Assembly: GCA_964016885.1 (NCBI GenBank)
Contig: OZ024751.1
Coordinates: 26,536,001-26,600,000 of the forward strand
Origin: Eledone cirrhosa
Lineage: Eukaryota
Direction of reading: 5' to 3'
DNA length: 64,000 bases
Shown here: positions 42,778-55,649 of the stretch, piece after piece
Position numbering within the stretch: the stretch's first letter is position 1
How the letters are laid out: every line of letters starts with the position of its first letter
Position numbers and translations under genes: made by a program
Notes under the pieces: model-generated
Database searches by the model: none
What the model was told of the DNA's origin: nothing
What the model saw: only the letters and a program-made list of their open reading frames with translations

Positions 42778-42951
42778 TGTGCGAGGTAATTCCAATGGAA
42801 AAGCAAAGGAAAAAAGAGTGCTCTATGTTTAGAACAGAGCTATTTAATTAGAAAGTGAACAACTGTGTTGTTCACTTTCTAATTAAATATATATATATAG
42901 AGAGACACACACAGATACAAACAACGCATACATACACACACACCACACACG

Positions 42952-42996
<45 letters not shown>

Positions 42997-43209
42997 ATAA
43001 GTGTTGACGGACCCAGCATATTTACCAATGCCAGTACCGGTTGTATCTCAGCGCACTCCATTGGCAATGTAAGATACATTACCACAGTATACACATAGTT
43101 ATTTGCTTCAACACAACACACATAAAACGGGTGCCTATAAGGTTCCCGGACTCGAGTTTCTGCCGCACTAATGCAGCAGTATCGGCTTAACAAACATACA
43201 CGCACACAA

Positions 43210-43240
<31 letters not shown>

Positions 43241-43479
43241 AACATACACACACACATACACACATACACATACACAAACACACACACATACACAAACATA
43301 CACACACTCACAAACATACACATTCACATACACTCAAACATACACACAAACATACACACACATATATATGCACTTGAACTTACAAACGCGTGAAATATGT
43401 ACTTAATAGAGATGGTAGAATTCATGAATTTTTCACAATGTTTGAAATTATAATTCAAACAGCAACCATCGAAATTCGA

Positions 43480-44100
43480 TACATCTCGAAGTTATAACCC
43501 ACCAACCAACAATCAGTTAGGATGGCTTAGGATGAAGAATTATATTGGTCTCACGGAAAACACATTCAAGAACTGATACACTCAACACATTCACTCATGC
43601 AGATACTTAAACGGATGAAACAATACTTTACGATTCCAATTCACGTGGAGTTTAAAAGTGCCATTAAACACACTAATATATCCCAGTAAATTGAGAAAGT
43701 TGCAGCTTCGTACTTAGAAGGTTCTGTCAGTTTTTTTGTATGTTCTGTTTTTTATTTCCCTTGAATAGAAAACCACAATATACACACACCAGCAAAAGCA
43801 GAAAAAGAAAAAATAATATGCTATTCTCTACTTTGTATAAATGTAGACAATGTTCAACATAGATACGCAAGTATGTTCTCCCAACCCACAAATACCACAA
43901 ACTATTTAACAAAAAAATGTAAAAGCTAGATATATAATTAATAGAAAAATAAAACTACAACACAAGAACAAGTGAAGCAATTCACCACAATTGAAATGCA
44001 GCAAGGCCACATCCTGTGCACTTAGTGGCAAGTGTACGATGAAGATACCGGTATATCAAGTCAAAGTACCTCCCGCTGATCGTTATGAGAAGAATTTCGA
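43480..44100 (+). mobile_element. Penelope-like element remnant (GIY-YIG endonuclease region)
   Basis: KNYIGLTENTFKN*YTQH (~43537), RKRKI..., PTHKYHKLFN..VK and SCALSGKCTMKIPVYQVKV pieces. Confidence 0.65.
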
Positions 44101-44254
44101 GTCCAACTAAAAAAACATTCATCCAAAAGCAGATTAATTCTATATAAAGTTGTTAAAAAGTCGGCTGTACAACCAGATTCTATTAGAATCATCCAAGATT
44201 TAGATAATGAAATATTTGATTCCTTGGTTTGTTTAAACTACAATACAGCAATAC

Positions 44255-45030
44255 AGTAGAGAAATCTATATAACTCTATATAAACTCTATAAAGTAGAGA
44301 AATCTATATAACGTAGAGAAACTCTATATATACTCTATACAGTAGAGAAACTCTATAAAGTAGAGAAACTCTCTATATACTCTATACAGCAGAGAAACTC
44401 TATATAAACTCTATAAAGTAGAGAAATCTATATAACGTAGAGAAACTCTATATATACTCTATACAGTAGAGAAACTCTATAAAGTAGAGAAACTCTCTAT
44501 ATACTCTATACAGCAGAGAAACTCTATATAAACTCTATAAAGTAGAGAAACTCTCTATATACTCTTGGACAGATATCTACAACATTTGTTCATCATGTAA
44601 TCTGGAGTTCATCTATACAACATCTGTCCATCATCTGCTACAGACCGCATCTGTACCACATCTGTCCATCTGCTACAGACCACATCTGTACCACATATGT
44701 CCAACATCTACTACAGACAACATCTATACAACATCTACTATAGATCACATCTGTCCAACATCTACTATAGACCACATCTGTACAACATCTACTATAGACC
44801 ACATCTGTCCAACATCTACTATAGACCACATCTGTACATCTACTATAGATCACATCTGTACAACATCTACTATAGACCACATCTGTACAACATCTACTAT
44901 AGACCACATCTGTACATCTACTATAGACCACATCTGTCCAACATCTACTATAGACCACATCTGTCCAACATCAACTACAGACAACATCTATACAACATCT
45001 ACTATAGACCACATCTGTACAACATCTGTC
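44255..45030. repeat. Two adjacent degenerate minisatellites
   Basis: agtagagaaactctata units followed by acatctactatagaccacatctgt units. Confidence 0.85.
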
Positions 45031-45522
45031 CATCTCATCCATTGCTCAACAATATCACCAACCTAAGGCCCCAGTGTACCAGCTGAGACCGCCTCACACT
45101 CTAATAAGCTCTGCTGGCACTCAACAATATCACCAATCTAAGGCCCCAGTGTACCAGCTGAGACCACCTTACACTAATAAGCTCTGTCGACGTTCTAACA
45201 ATTCTATTAATTACCATACATCGTAAATGAATAACTGGAAAGCAACATTAAGCAGTAATCACGATGGATTTCGTAAAGAGATTTATTGTAGATGTACTTA
45301 AAATTAACTTGAGGGTCAGCCTACATATTTCCACATCAGACATATTCTCTCACAGATAGCTAACTATATTTCTCCTTCAACGTTCACTGCGAAACTAATG
45401 AAGCTAGCTCTACTTCTCATGACAGGAATGTAGAATGCAGTTCATTCGGTGTGCTTGTAACAGAATATCTCGGCGATTAATGCATGATATTACTTTCAGA
45501 ATATTCATTTTCCTTGTCGTGC

Positions 45523-45599
<77 letters not shown>

Positions 45600-45880
45600 C
45601 TGCAGCGCTTTGCTGGACCTCCGTCGATTTCGACGAGGAATGTTCCAGTTGTTTTGACCAACAGGATAGCAGAGCATTCTAGAAAGATGTGATCCTAAAG
45701 TGTTCCCTTACAGGGAGACTCCACGTGACAGTGTGTGGCAAGAACGGGTCTTTGAGCTAAGGGTAAAACTCATTTTTGTTAGTTGATCTGACTGTAACAA
45801 CGTGAAATGAAGTGTCTTGCCCAAGAACTCAACAGGCTACCGTGAAACGAACTCCTAACTTTATGATAGTGAGTCAAACA
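45600..45880 (-). mobile_element. Old SINE related to family B
   Basis: caacgtgaaatgaagtgtcttgcccaag is the reverse complement of the family-B core; related decayed pieces at ~32940-33115, 34990-35105, 59268-59545. Confidence 0.55.
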
Positions 45881-46172
45881 CTGCTACTACTACTACTACT
45901 GCTGCTACTACTACTACTACTACTGCTGCTGCTACTACTACTACTACTACTACTACTACTGCTGCTGCTACTATATATATATATATATATATCTATCTTT
46001 CTTTCTCTCTCCTTCTCTATCTTTCTAACCCAACGGCTTATTTTAAAAATATAAATATCCAATACTAATAATATAATTAAAGCTACAACTCCACTATCCG
46101 GGAGCTTCCAACAGCAATGGTTGCATTCTTTAAGGGTATGTCAATATTTATTTATAAAACCGATCTATATTA

Positions 46173-46237
46173 TATTTTATCTGATGAAAGCACACCATAA
46201 TTTAACTTGGTGTCCTTGAAATATGTATAATGAAATA
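46173..46237 (+). ncRNA. Minimal type I hammerhead ribozyme motif (AUA family)
   Basis: UAUUUUAU-CUGAUGA-AAG.ACACCA..UGGUGU.CUU-GAAA-UAUGUA-UA-AUGAAAUA. Confidence 0.68.
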
Positions 46238-46559
46238 AATATGGTTTTATAAATATAGTTTCCATTTGTTAATATCGTATTTTTACTCCAAATATTTGTT
46301 GAGTGCTTTATATCCGTTATAAAAATATTTGCTTGTTGTATCCCAACAATTTAAATAGAACTTTTATATACATATATATATATAAATATATAATGAAATA
46401 TATGGAGAATAGAAATGGCTGCTGTGTAGTTGCTATTTACGGTAACTTAAAATGCAGTGGGAATACGAAGAAAGCAAGAACGGGTGGGGGTGGGGTCCTC
46501 ATCAGTTGTCTACTGGGAGTCTCGGATATTTCTACGCTTTAAAGACAATATACCTCGCC

Positions 46560-46609
<50 letters not shown>

Positions 46610-46920
46610 TTCTGTCTGTGTGAGTCTCACTACGGCGCCTCTACGACTCCACCAGGAGGGGATCAACATGAATTATATAGCAATTGGGAAACTGAATACC
46701 TCCACCCATAGAAAGATCTCTTTCTGTGTTAGCAAAGTGCTACACATGTTTCTCTTCTTCGTACATTTATGGTGGAGATTTAGACTGTGATTAGACTACG
46801 ATGGATAATCTATGAAGATGTCAACCACTTATATTTTACTCTACTGCACACAAGTATTGAGTTCTGTCGTACTTACGAACAGTCATGTATTAATTATATA
46901 CATATGTATACACACACACG

Positions 46921-46954
<34 letters not shown>

Positions 46955-47487
46955 CATACACACATATATATATATATGTATATATATGTATGTATGTATA
47001 TATATGTATATATATGTATATATATGTATGTATGTATATATATATGTATATATATGTATGTATGTATATATATGTATATATATGTATGTATGTATATATA
47101 TGTATATATATATATATGTATGTATATATATATATATGTATGTATATATATATATATGTATGTATGTATATGCACACACATATATATAGCGATAAGAGAG
47201 AGAGAGAGAGAAGGAGAGAGAGAGAGAGAGAGAGAGAGAGGGGGAGATGTAGATGTAGACACATATATATGTAGAATTAATATGTTAATGCTATTTAAAA
47301 GTGCACACACATTCACACACAATCACAGACCCCCCCCCCCCCCCCCCACACACACACATTCACAGACCCCCCCCCCACACACACACACATATAATGACAT
47401 AGCTGTAGTTGAAAAAAGGTAAGATAAATGTATTTATGTGTGATGAACGTATACAGAGTTCATATATCTAGATTAAATAGCCTCGTG

Positions 47488-47538
<51 letters not shown>

Positions 47539-47638
47539 CAAACATATATACATGTGCATGCATAAATATATATATATACTCGTATAAGTGTGTGTGTATG
47601 TGCATGTATGTATGTATATTTGTATGTATGTATGTATG

Positions 47639-47669
<31 letters not shown>

Positions 47670-48125
47670 GTGTGTGTTTATATGTATGTATGCATGCATG
47701 CATGTATGTGTATGTATATTTCTATGTATATATGTGTGTAAATAAGTGTATATATATATATATATATATATATTAATGTTACATTAGTCAGACGGTCTAT
47801 ATCCTAACTGTAAATTAAGGACAAAATACTTGACCTAATTCGGTTTATCTGTGTCTATATGTAGGAGATTTATCATATAGATGCTTCTCTAGCAGTCTCA
47901 TTTCTCTCTTGGCGCCATCTACGGCGGCGTCAGTTCGATTTCCACTGAAGTCAGATATGATATATATCACCCTCTTCATCACAAACTCACTATGATCGTT
48001 TATCAATGGTTTAGAGATGTTCCACATACACAAAGAACCACTTGCACGAACACATGCATACAGACATATGTATATATACACATGCACATATACATACATT
48101 GACACACACACACACACGCGCACAC

Positions 48126-48194
<69 letters not shown>

Positions 48195-48196
<2 letters not shown>

Positions 48197-48975
48197 GCTG
48201 AATCTGTGGCAGAATTAGAGACGAAATGCCAAACCTGGAAGCATGGCCTAGACTCAAAAGGTCTTAAAGTTACGTTGTCGAAAACTATAGTCATAGTATA
48301 TAGAAAGGAAAACAAGGGCCAAATTCCCCCAGGGCCTTGCTCAGTATGCAGGAAAGGAGTAAGTAGAAATTCGTTTCTACGTCCCAAATGCAAGCTCTGG
48401 GTACACAAAAGATGTAGTGGGATCACAGGCAGAATATCAAAGAACGTAGGTTATTATATGCGACCGATGCACAGGTGCAGCAAGTAGCAATAGCCCACTA
48501 GATACTAGCTCGTTTAAATGCCTAGAACGCTCTATAGAAGTAGTCGATAGTTTTTGTTACATAGGTAACCAAATTAGCAGAGGAGGAGGGTGTTCCGAAA
48601 GTACAGTAGCCGGAGTATGAACGGGATGGAGAAAGTTCAGGAAGCTACTACCACTGCTAGCTAAAAAAGGCTTTCCTCCTCAAAATGTAGGGCAGACTGT
48701 ATAATGTATACGAACAACAATGTTGCACAACAGCGAGACCTGGACACTGTGTCTAGAGGAACTGCAAAGATCGGAAAACAAAATGAAGGCCGCATGCTCA
48801 AATGTAATAGTAATATACACGAACGGCAAAGCGTAAATGAACTGAGAGTGAAACTAGGCATAAGAGGGATAAGATGCAGGAGAGGAGATTGTGTGGCTAT
48901 GGAGATGTGATGCGTATGAAGGATGACGGCTGTGTAGAAAGGTGAAGAGCGCTCAAAATTGATGGAAGACCCAGG
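48195..48975 (+). mobile_element. RTE-like LINE RT C-terminal fragment
   Basis: [23 protein letters not shown], Cys-rich CSVCRKGV..KCKLWVHKRCSG, ends near a GRPR motif; frameshifted. Confidence 0.8.
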
Positions 48976-48985
48976 CAACTGCCAG

Positions 48986-49064
48986 ACACCCAGACAGCTT
49001 TTGGTGAAACTGTTTCGCAATTTATTGAAGAGAATTACCAATTCCTTTGCTCATCAGTGGGTGT
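48986..49064 (-). ncRNA. Type I hammerhead ribozyme motif, canonical core
   Basis: ACACCCA-CUGAUGA-GCAA..UUGC-GAAA-CAGUUU(CACCAA)AAGCUG-UC-UGGGUGU: 7-bp stem I, G-C closed stem II, stem III, GUC site. Confidence 0.85.
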
Positions 49065-49572
49065 AAGGTCAGTAAACTCTTCACTTCTAAGTATCTCAGA
49101 AGGCTGAATAGTGTGCGTATATAAAATAACGCACATGGCATCAGAACCTAGCGTGTCTCATAAACGTACGCTACTAAATATAGCAGCCAAGTTTACTCGA
49201 CATTTAAATTAGCTCTACAAATTAAAGAAGCCGAATATATCAAAGATATATATTGGGTTAGAAACTCAAAATAGTCTCTTACAATTAAATAGCTCTAGGA
49301 AAGAGATTTTTCCGAGCCGTGTACTATAATTGAATATAAAAGAGGGATAAACACAGATATATACATATGTGTGTTCAAATCGCAAGGGACCAGATTCGCT
49401 AGTTAGTATTGTTTTCATCCTAGCGAAACCCTTACGATTTGAACACACATATGTATATATCTGTGTTTATCTCTCTTTTATATTCAATTATACTACACGG
49501 CTCGGAAAAATCTCTTTCCTTGAGCTATTTAATTGTAAGGCTATTTTGAGTTTCTAACTCAATATATATCTT

Positions 49573-49624
<52 letters not shown>

Positions 49625-49625
49625 A

Positions 49626-49695
<70 letters not shown>

Positions 49696-50702
49696 TAGAT
49701 TATGTGTGTGTTTGAATGAATGTTTCCTTAAAACATTCCGTTTCCACCCTTTCTTTATAGCTTCTTACAGACGAACGCAGGTATAGTTTGTGCAGAATTT
49801 ACTGTATTAGGGGTGTCAGCCCCCACCCGTCTAACATCTTCGTAGCCATAGCAACGTAGGTAAAGCGACACCCCATATTTCTCAAACTATTACACTTCTC
49901 AACCCCTAATCACTCCTCTACTACACCCTATGCTGTTACCACCCCGTTCAAATATCCCACCACTACCCGACACACGACCCCAACACCCCCAACCCTCCCA
50001 CGCCCTTTCTGTCTCACAATAAACAAGTCCCTTTCTCTACGTTGCATTTCTCACGTCACCCACCTACCCACTTACCTTCCTACCCACCCAACCCTCCACT
50101 CAAAGGTTTAGTGACCCACACGCCTCTCCACTTCCCCATAACCCACATCCAACAGGCCACTCACCTACCCACTCTGCACACAGCTGTCTAGGGACCCTCC
50201 TTAAACCCCCCAGAACCCACTCACCTTTCTCATCTTTGACCACGACGACCACCACCACCATCAAGACTACTGCCCCCCACTATCGATGTACTCACCACCA
50301 CCACCATCACTCACACATACACAACCACAAATGCACACACACTTACACATACACACAACGCCGCACATACACTCACAGATGCACACATAGAGATACATTC
50401 ACTCACACACATATAGACACACACGCATACATACACAATAAAGTATAATGTATCCTTCACATATCATTTCCTGTTCTCTCTTACTGACTTCCGGTTTTTT
50501 CTCTTTCTCTGCCGGATGGTAAGGTAGAAAGGGGAATTAATTACACATCGGTCAACCTAAAACCTCCGACAGATATTCGAATCCCGCCAAAGTATCGAAT
50601 TATCGCTATATATTACAATGATCAATATATATTTACTCCCCCACACATATACCTCTCTGCCTAAACATGGGTAATGAAATGAAATTACACGACACATGAC
50701 TG

Positions 50703-50774
<72 letters not shown>

Positions 50775-50911
50775 CGGAATCAGCATGGGTTTCACAGCTA
50801 GGACCTGTTGTATCTCAGCGTACTCAATAGGTAATGTTAAGTAAACTCCCAGAGTAGACACATAGTTATTTGCTTCAACACAACACACGTAAACGAGTAC
50901 CTTCAATTGTT

Positions 50912-51009
50912 CCCGAACTCGAGTTTCGGCGACATTTAATGCAGCAATAGAGTGCACAGCATTTATTATGCAACAATGCACAATCGGCGCATGTAGCTTC
51001 ATCAGCGGG
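50912..51009 (-). ncRNA. Hammerhead motif with extended stem II
   Basis: CCCG-CUGAUGA-(~70 nt)-GAAA-CUCGAG-UU-CGGG; palindromic ACUCGAGU stem III; sibling at ~43143-43190 has GUC. Confidence 0.55.
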
Positions 51010-51169
51010 TTTCGCCTAATCAATAACCAATTGATCGACACAATTCGATTCCAGTCCGTGTCAGCTTTGACTGTATGTGACGGCCAACACAGTAAAACAT
51101 TAACAACTGAAATCTCTACACATCGTCACAATGCCGTCCCCCCGATTGGCTACCGATTCAGAAATTTAC

Positions 51170-51220
<51 letters not shown>

Positions 51221-51304
51221 GAAAAATTGAACAGGGACAGAACAGAGAGGCAGTACGATAAATGTTTATTAAATTCACGCTCAGGAGAGTGGGGGGGGGG
51301 TAGG

Positions 51305-51348
51305 TGGGGGACGACGTTTCGGGCATAAGCCCTTCTTCAGGTGAGAAG
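51305..51348 (-). ncRNA. Hammerhead core, stem I not evident
   Basis: CUGAAGA-A-GGGC(UUAU)GCCC-GAAA-CGUCG-UC; followed downstream by AATAAA and (TA)n. Confidence 0.55.
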
Positions 51349-51722
51349 TGTGTGGGAACAGAGTTCAAAAGGTGTGTAGGGGAGTGGTGGAGAGACATAT
51401 AGCGAAAGGAAACGGTGCGAATGAAAAATTAACAAATAAAGACAAAAATATAATAAATAATAAATAAAAATAAAGCATGATCAAAATACAAGGAATGAGA
51501 AAATTAAAAAAATAAAGGCATGATCAAAATAAACTGAAATTAAAAGGGGGGTAAACAGGTGGTGGAAGGGTGTGGGGAGAGTAGGGGTGGTGGCGGGTGG
51601 AGTGGGGAGAGGGAGACGGGGTGTCCAGTACTCATTGGATGAGTATATATATATATGTGTGTGTGTTAAGTATTTCCGTAGAAAAGGTAGTAAAGAAGAG
51701 TGCTCTACGTATTGTACAGAGC

Positions 51723-51796
51723 TATTTCATCTGATAAACGGGATGGACGATTCTGTAAGAATCGTCTAGTTTCTTGAAACCTCTTGTAATGGAATA
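51723..51796 (+). ncRNA. Degenerate hammerhead (CUGAUAA core)
   Basis: UAUUUCAU/AUGGAAUA stem I, GACGAUUCU/AGAAUCGUC stem II, GAAAC..GUA. Confidence 0.5.
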
Positions 51797-51825
51797 ATTA
51801 TATTGTGTTGTTTATTATGTAATTA

Positions 51826-51870
<45 letters not shown>

Positions 51871-52085
51871 AATTCTGGACCCCAACGGCTGAGACGGATC
51901 TAGCTGTTGAAACGGCCGGAGCTCAGCCGTCGGGTTCCCGAATGTTTCATATTACTCATTCTACTGCCCCAAGTATTGAGTACTCTGGTGAATAATGGTC
52001 TAACTGGTTTTTTCCGCATCCATTCTGATTTATATATTCATATAAGACAGTTATTTGTCAGACATCAGATTTTGGCTTAAGTTAA

Positions 52086-52149
<64 letters not shown>

Positions 52150-52340
52150 TGAAAGAAAGAAAAGAGGTAAAAGGAGGTGGTAGACTATGGAGGCAGTGGC
52201 GAGACAGTGTCTCAAAATAGTCTCGTCTAAATTAATACGATCTTGAAGAATTCAAGCAAAATAGGAAAACTTTAGAAGGAACTAATTGATGTAAGTACAG
52301 AATCTGCCGTAGGCGGAGACAATGAATGGTGATGAGATAT

Positions 52341-52427
<87 letters not shown>

Positions 52428-52442
52428 TTCAGATGAGATATA

Positions 52443-52478
<36 letters not shown>

Positions 52479-52713
52479 GTTGGGATTCCAACAAACTTAA
52501 AAGTTTATAACTGATATAGAGCACTCAACAGTCAATGGAGTAAATATTCAATATATTAATAAATGGAAACTATATTTATAAAACCATAATTATTTTATTA
52601 TATATATTTCAAGGCCAACCAAGCCAATCTTAGTGCGCTTTCATCAGATAGCGAATTTTCAACCGTCAAGGTTGTTTTCCATGGTTATGTCACTATTTAT
52701 AAAACAAATTTTG

Positions 52714-52778
52714 TATTTTATCTGATGAAAGCGCACTAAGATTGGCTTAGTTGGCCTTGAAATATATATAATAAAATA
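52714..52778 (+). ncRNA. Minimal type I hammerhead ribozyme motif (AUA family)
   Basis: UAUUUUAU-CUGAUGA-AAG..ACUAAG(AUUGG)CUUAGU..CUU-GAAA-UAUAUA-UA-AUAAAAUA; inverted truncated copy at 52591-52650. Confidence 0.72.
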
Positions 52779-52816
52779 ATTATGGTTTTATAAATATAGT
52801 TTCCATTTATTAATAT

Positions 52817-52855
<39 letters not shown>

Positions 52856-52885
52856 TCAGAAGATATATAAACATATATATATATA

Positions 52886-52930
<45 letters not shown>

Positions 52931-52945
52931 ATATATATATATATA

Positions 52946-53032
<87 letters not shown>

Positions 53033-53175
53033 CTTCTGAATATATATATATATATATATATATATTCTGAATATACATCTATATATATATATATAAATAT
53101 ATATATATGAGTATCAGGAGATCCTGTAAAGGGTAAAAACAGAAATTCTTTGCCTAAACTGTAATCTGTGCTAAT

Positions 53176-53820
53176 AATGTTTCGACTTTCGGCACAAGGC
53201 CAGCAATTACCCAGTGTATTACTGGTACTTTATTAATAGTACTAATAATTGTTTCTACTTTCGGCACAAGGCCAGCAATTACCAGTGACATACGGCGTTT
53301 CTTAAAACTACTTTGAAATATATAGTTTTGTCTCTGAGAACCCGGGGTTGATTCCAGGTGGGTTGGTACCAAAGAAGTTAAATGTACCAAAATTTATTTT
53401 TTACCATTCCTTATAATAATTGTTTCTACTTTAGGCACAAGGCCAGCAAATACCCCAGTACATTACTGGTACTTTATTTTATCGACCCCGTAAGGATGAA
53501 AGTCAAAGTTAACCTGAGAGGGATTTGAACTCAGACAGTAAAGGACCGTAACTCTATGCTGTAAAGCATGGCGTCTGACCCTCTACTGCCAATCCACTAA
53601 TAAGGATTTCTTATATAGGCACAAGGCCAGCAACTTGGAGGGAGGGAAAAGTCGATTAAATCGATCACAGTACGTTACTGATATTTTATTTTATCGGCCC
53701 CCGTAAGGATGAAAGACAAAGTTAACCTTGGTGGGATTTGAACTCAAACCGTAAAGGGGCGTAACTCTATGCCACAAAGCATGGTGTCCGACTCTCTACC
53801 GATACTGCCAATCCACCGCC
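53176..53820 (-). mobile_element. Cluster of SINE family A copies and fragments
   Basis: Two near-full copies plus 3' fragments. Confidence 0.82.
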
Positions 53821-54313
53821 CTCACCATTTCTTATAATGATAAAAGCATTTATCGTCTGTTAGTCGGAGAATTCACCTGGCTGTGTAATAGAACAGTTCC
53901 ACTGATGTTGCTATTATTTTGACAAGAAAACCCCCACCAGTTGGAATGGACTTCCCCGGTGGGGGAGGGCGACAACAGTCTTGTTCCGCTAAATTTCAGG
54001 TCCCCTACCTCTGTCTGTCTCACTCTATGTATGTGTGTGTGGGCATGTGCAATGCATGTATGTGTGTGTGAGCATACATATACAGTATATATGTGTGTGA
54101 GTGAATGCATTTACATGCGTGTAGGTTTGTGTGTGTATGAAAGCGTGAATGTCCATGTATGTATGTATGTGTGTATGTATGTGTGTATGTGTGTATGTGT
54201 GTATGTATGTATGTGTGTATGTATGTATATATGTGTGTGTGTGTATGTATATATATGTATGTTTATATATATGTGTGTATGTATGTGTGTATTCTTCCTG
54301 TGGGTCTACACCG

Positions 54314-54408
<95 letters not shown>

Positions 54409-54690
54409 TATTATATATATATATATATATAAAGAATATTTTCGAAACAGCCGGCGGGTTTGAAATTATTATAAATGTAAGCTATCGCCGTATTTTGACT
54501 AAAGAAATTAAAGAAATTATTTAGCCTGATAGTAGGGTTAAGAAGCCTCGAAGAAATGGAAAAAGATGAGTATTGACGTACATGTACGTCAATACTCATC
54601 TTTTTCCATTTCTCCGAGGCTTCTTAACCCTACTATCAGGCTAAATAATTTCTTTAATTTCTTTAGTCAAAATACGGCGATAGCTTACAT

Positions 54691-54727
<37 letters not shown>

Positions 54728-54757
54728 AAATCAAAAGATGGTTAAAAGAGTTCCATG

Positions 54758-54828
54758 TATTTTATTATGCGCATTTCAAAAACAAATATCATCATGGGAT
54801 GATATTTGCGTTCTCATCAGATAAAATA
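54758..54828 (-). ncRNA. Minimal type I hammerhead ribozyme motif
   Basis: UAUUUUAU-CUGAUGA-..CAAAUAUCAUC(CCAU)GAUGAUAUUUG..-GAAA-UGCGCA-UA-AUAAAAUA; palindromic stem III, AUA site. Confidence 0.78.
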
Positions 54829-55220
54829 GGGAGACATGATATGAAGCTTAAAAAACACTTGTGAGCAGTGAAGTTTTAAATCAACATATGAAAAATAAAA
54901 TAAAATGGATGTATGAGATTGGGAAAAAAAGGAAAGGAAGGGGGGAAGGAAAAGGTAAGGAAGAGGAAGAAAGAATATAGATAGAAGAAAAAATATATAA
55001 TAATAAAGAAAGGATGACGGAGGAGGAGTATAAGAAGGAAGGATGAGAGAGGAGGAGAAAATGAGTGAGAGAGAGAGAGAGAGAGAGGTAACCTTTAATA
55101 CTGAGAAACACTGTCTCACAGAGAGAAATAAAAAAAACCGTTGTAAGATAATACGTAATTTAAAAAAAATTTAGAAATTTGTGCTACAATAAAACTCACC
55201 TCATACATTATATATACATA

Positions 55221-55311
<91 letters not shown>

Positions 55312-55649
55312 TATTTAACGGTGTAGACAAACAGGAAGAATGCCTTCACTCTACCCGAACAAACAACCAGTTGATCTCCCACCCAACCAACTATTCATTC
55401 AATCTTCGTATACCTGGTCAAACAATCGCCTAAATCTCCCACCCGACTAAACCACTACCTGAACCACCCTATTCCACCCGACTAAACCACTACCTGACCA
55501 AACTATCCGAACTTTAACATCACCCACCCTATCCCAACCGACTCCACCCGGTCTTAAACTTCCAGTTTTTTCTTTCAAATACTCGAATAAACCTCCAGTT
55601 AAATTCTCCTTCAACATTCACAGCTTCAGCTACCCTAGACATAACAATC

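Noticed and set aside
45596-45680. Possible first Reeler exon (FLVEIDGGP...)
   Set aside because: Lies within an old SINE-like repeat with relatives at ~32940 and ~59270 and lacks the expected downstream Reeler residues
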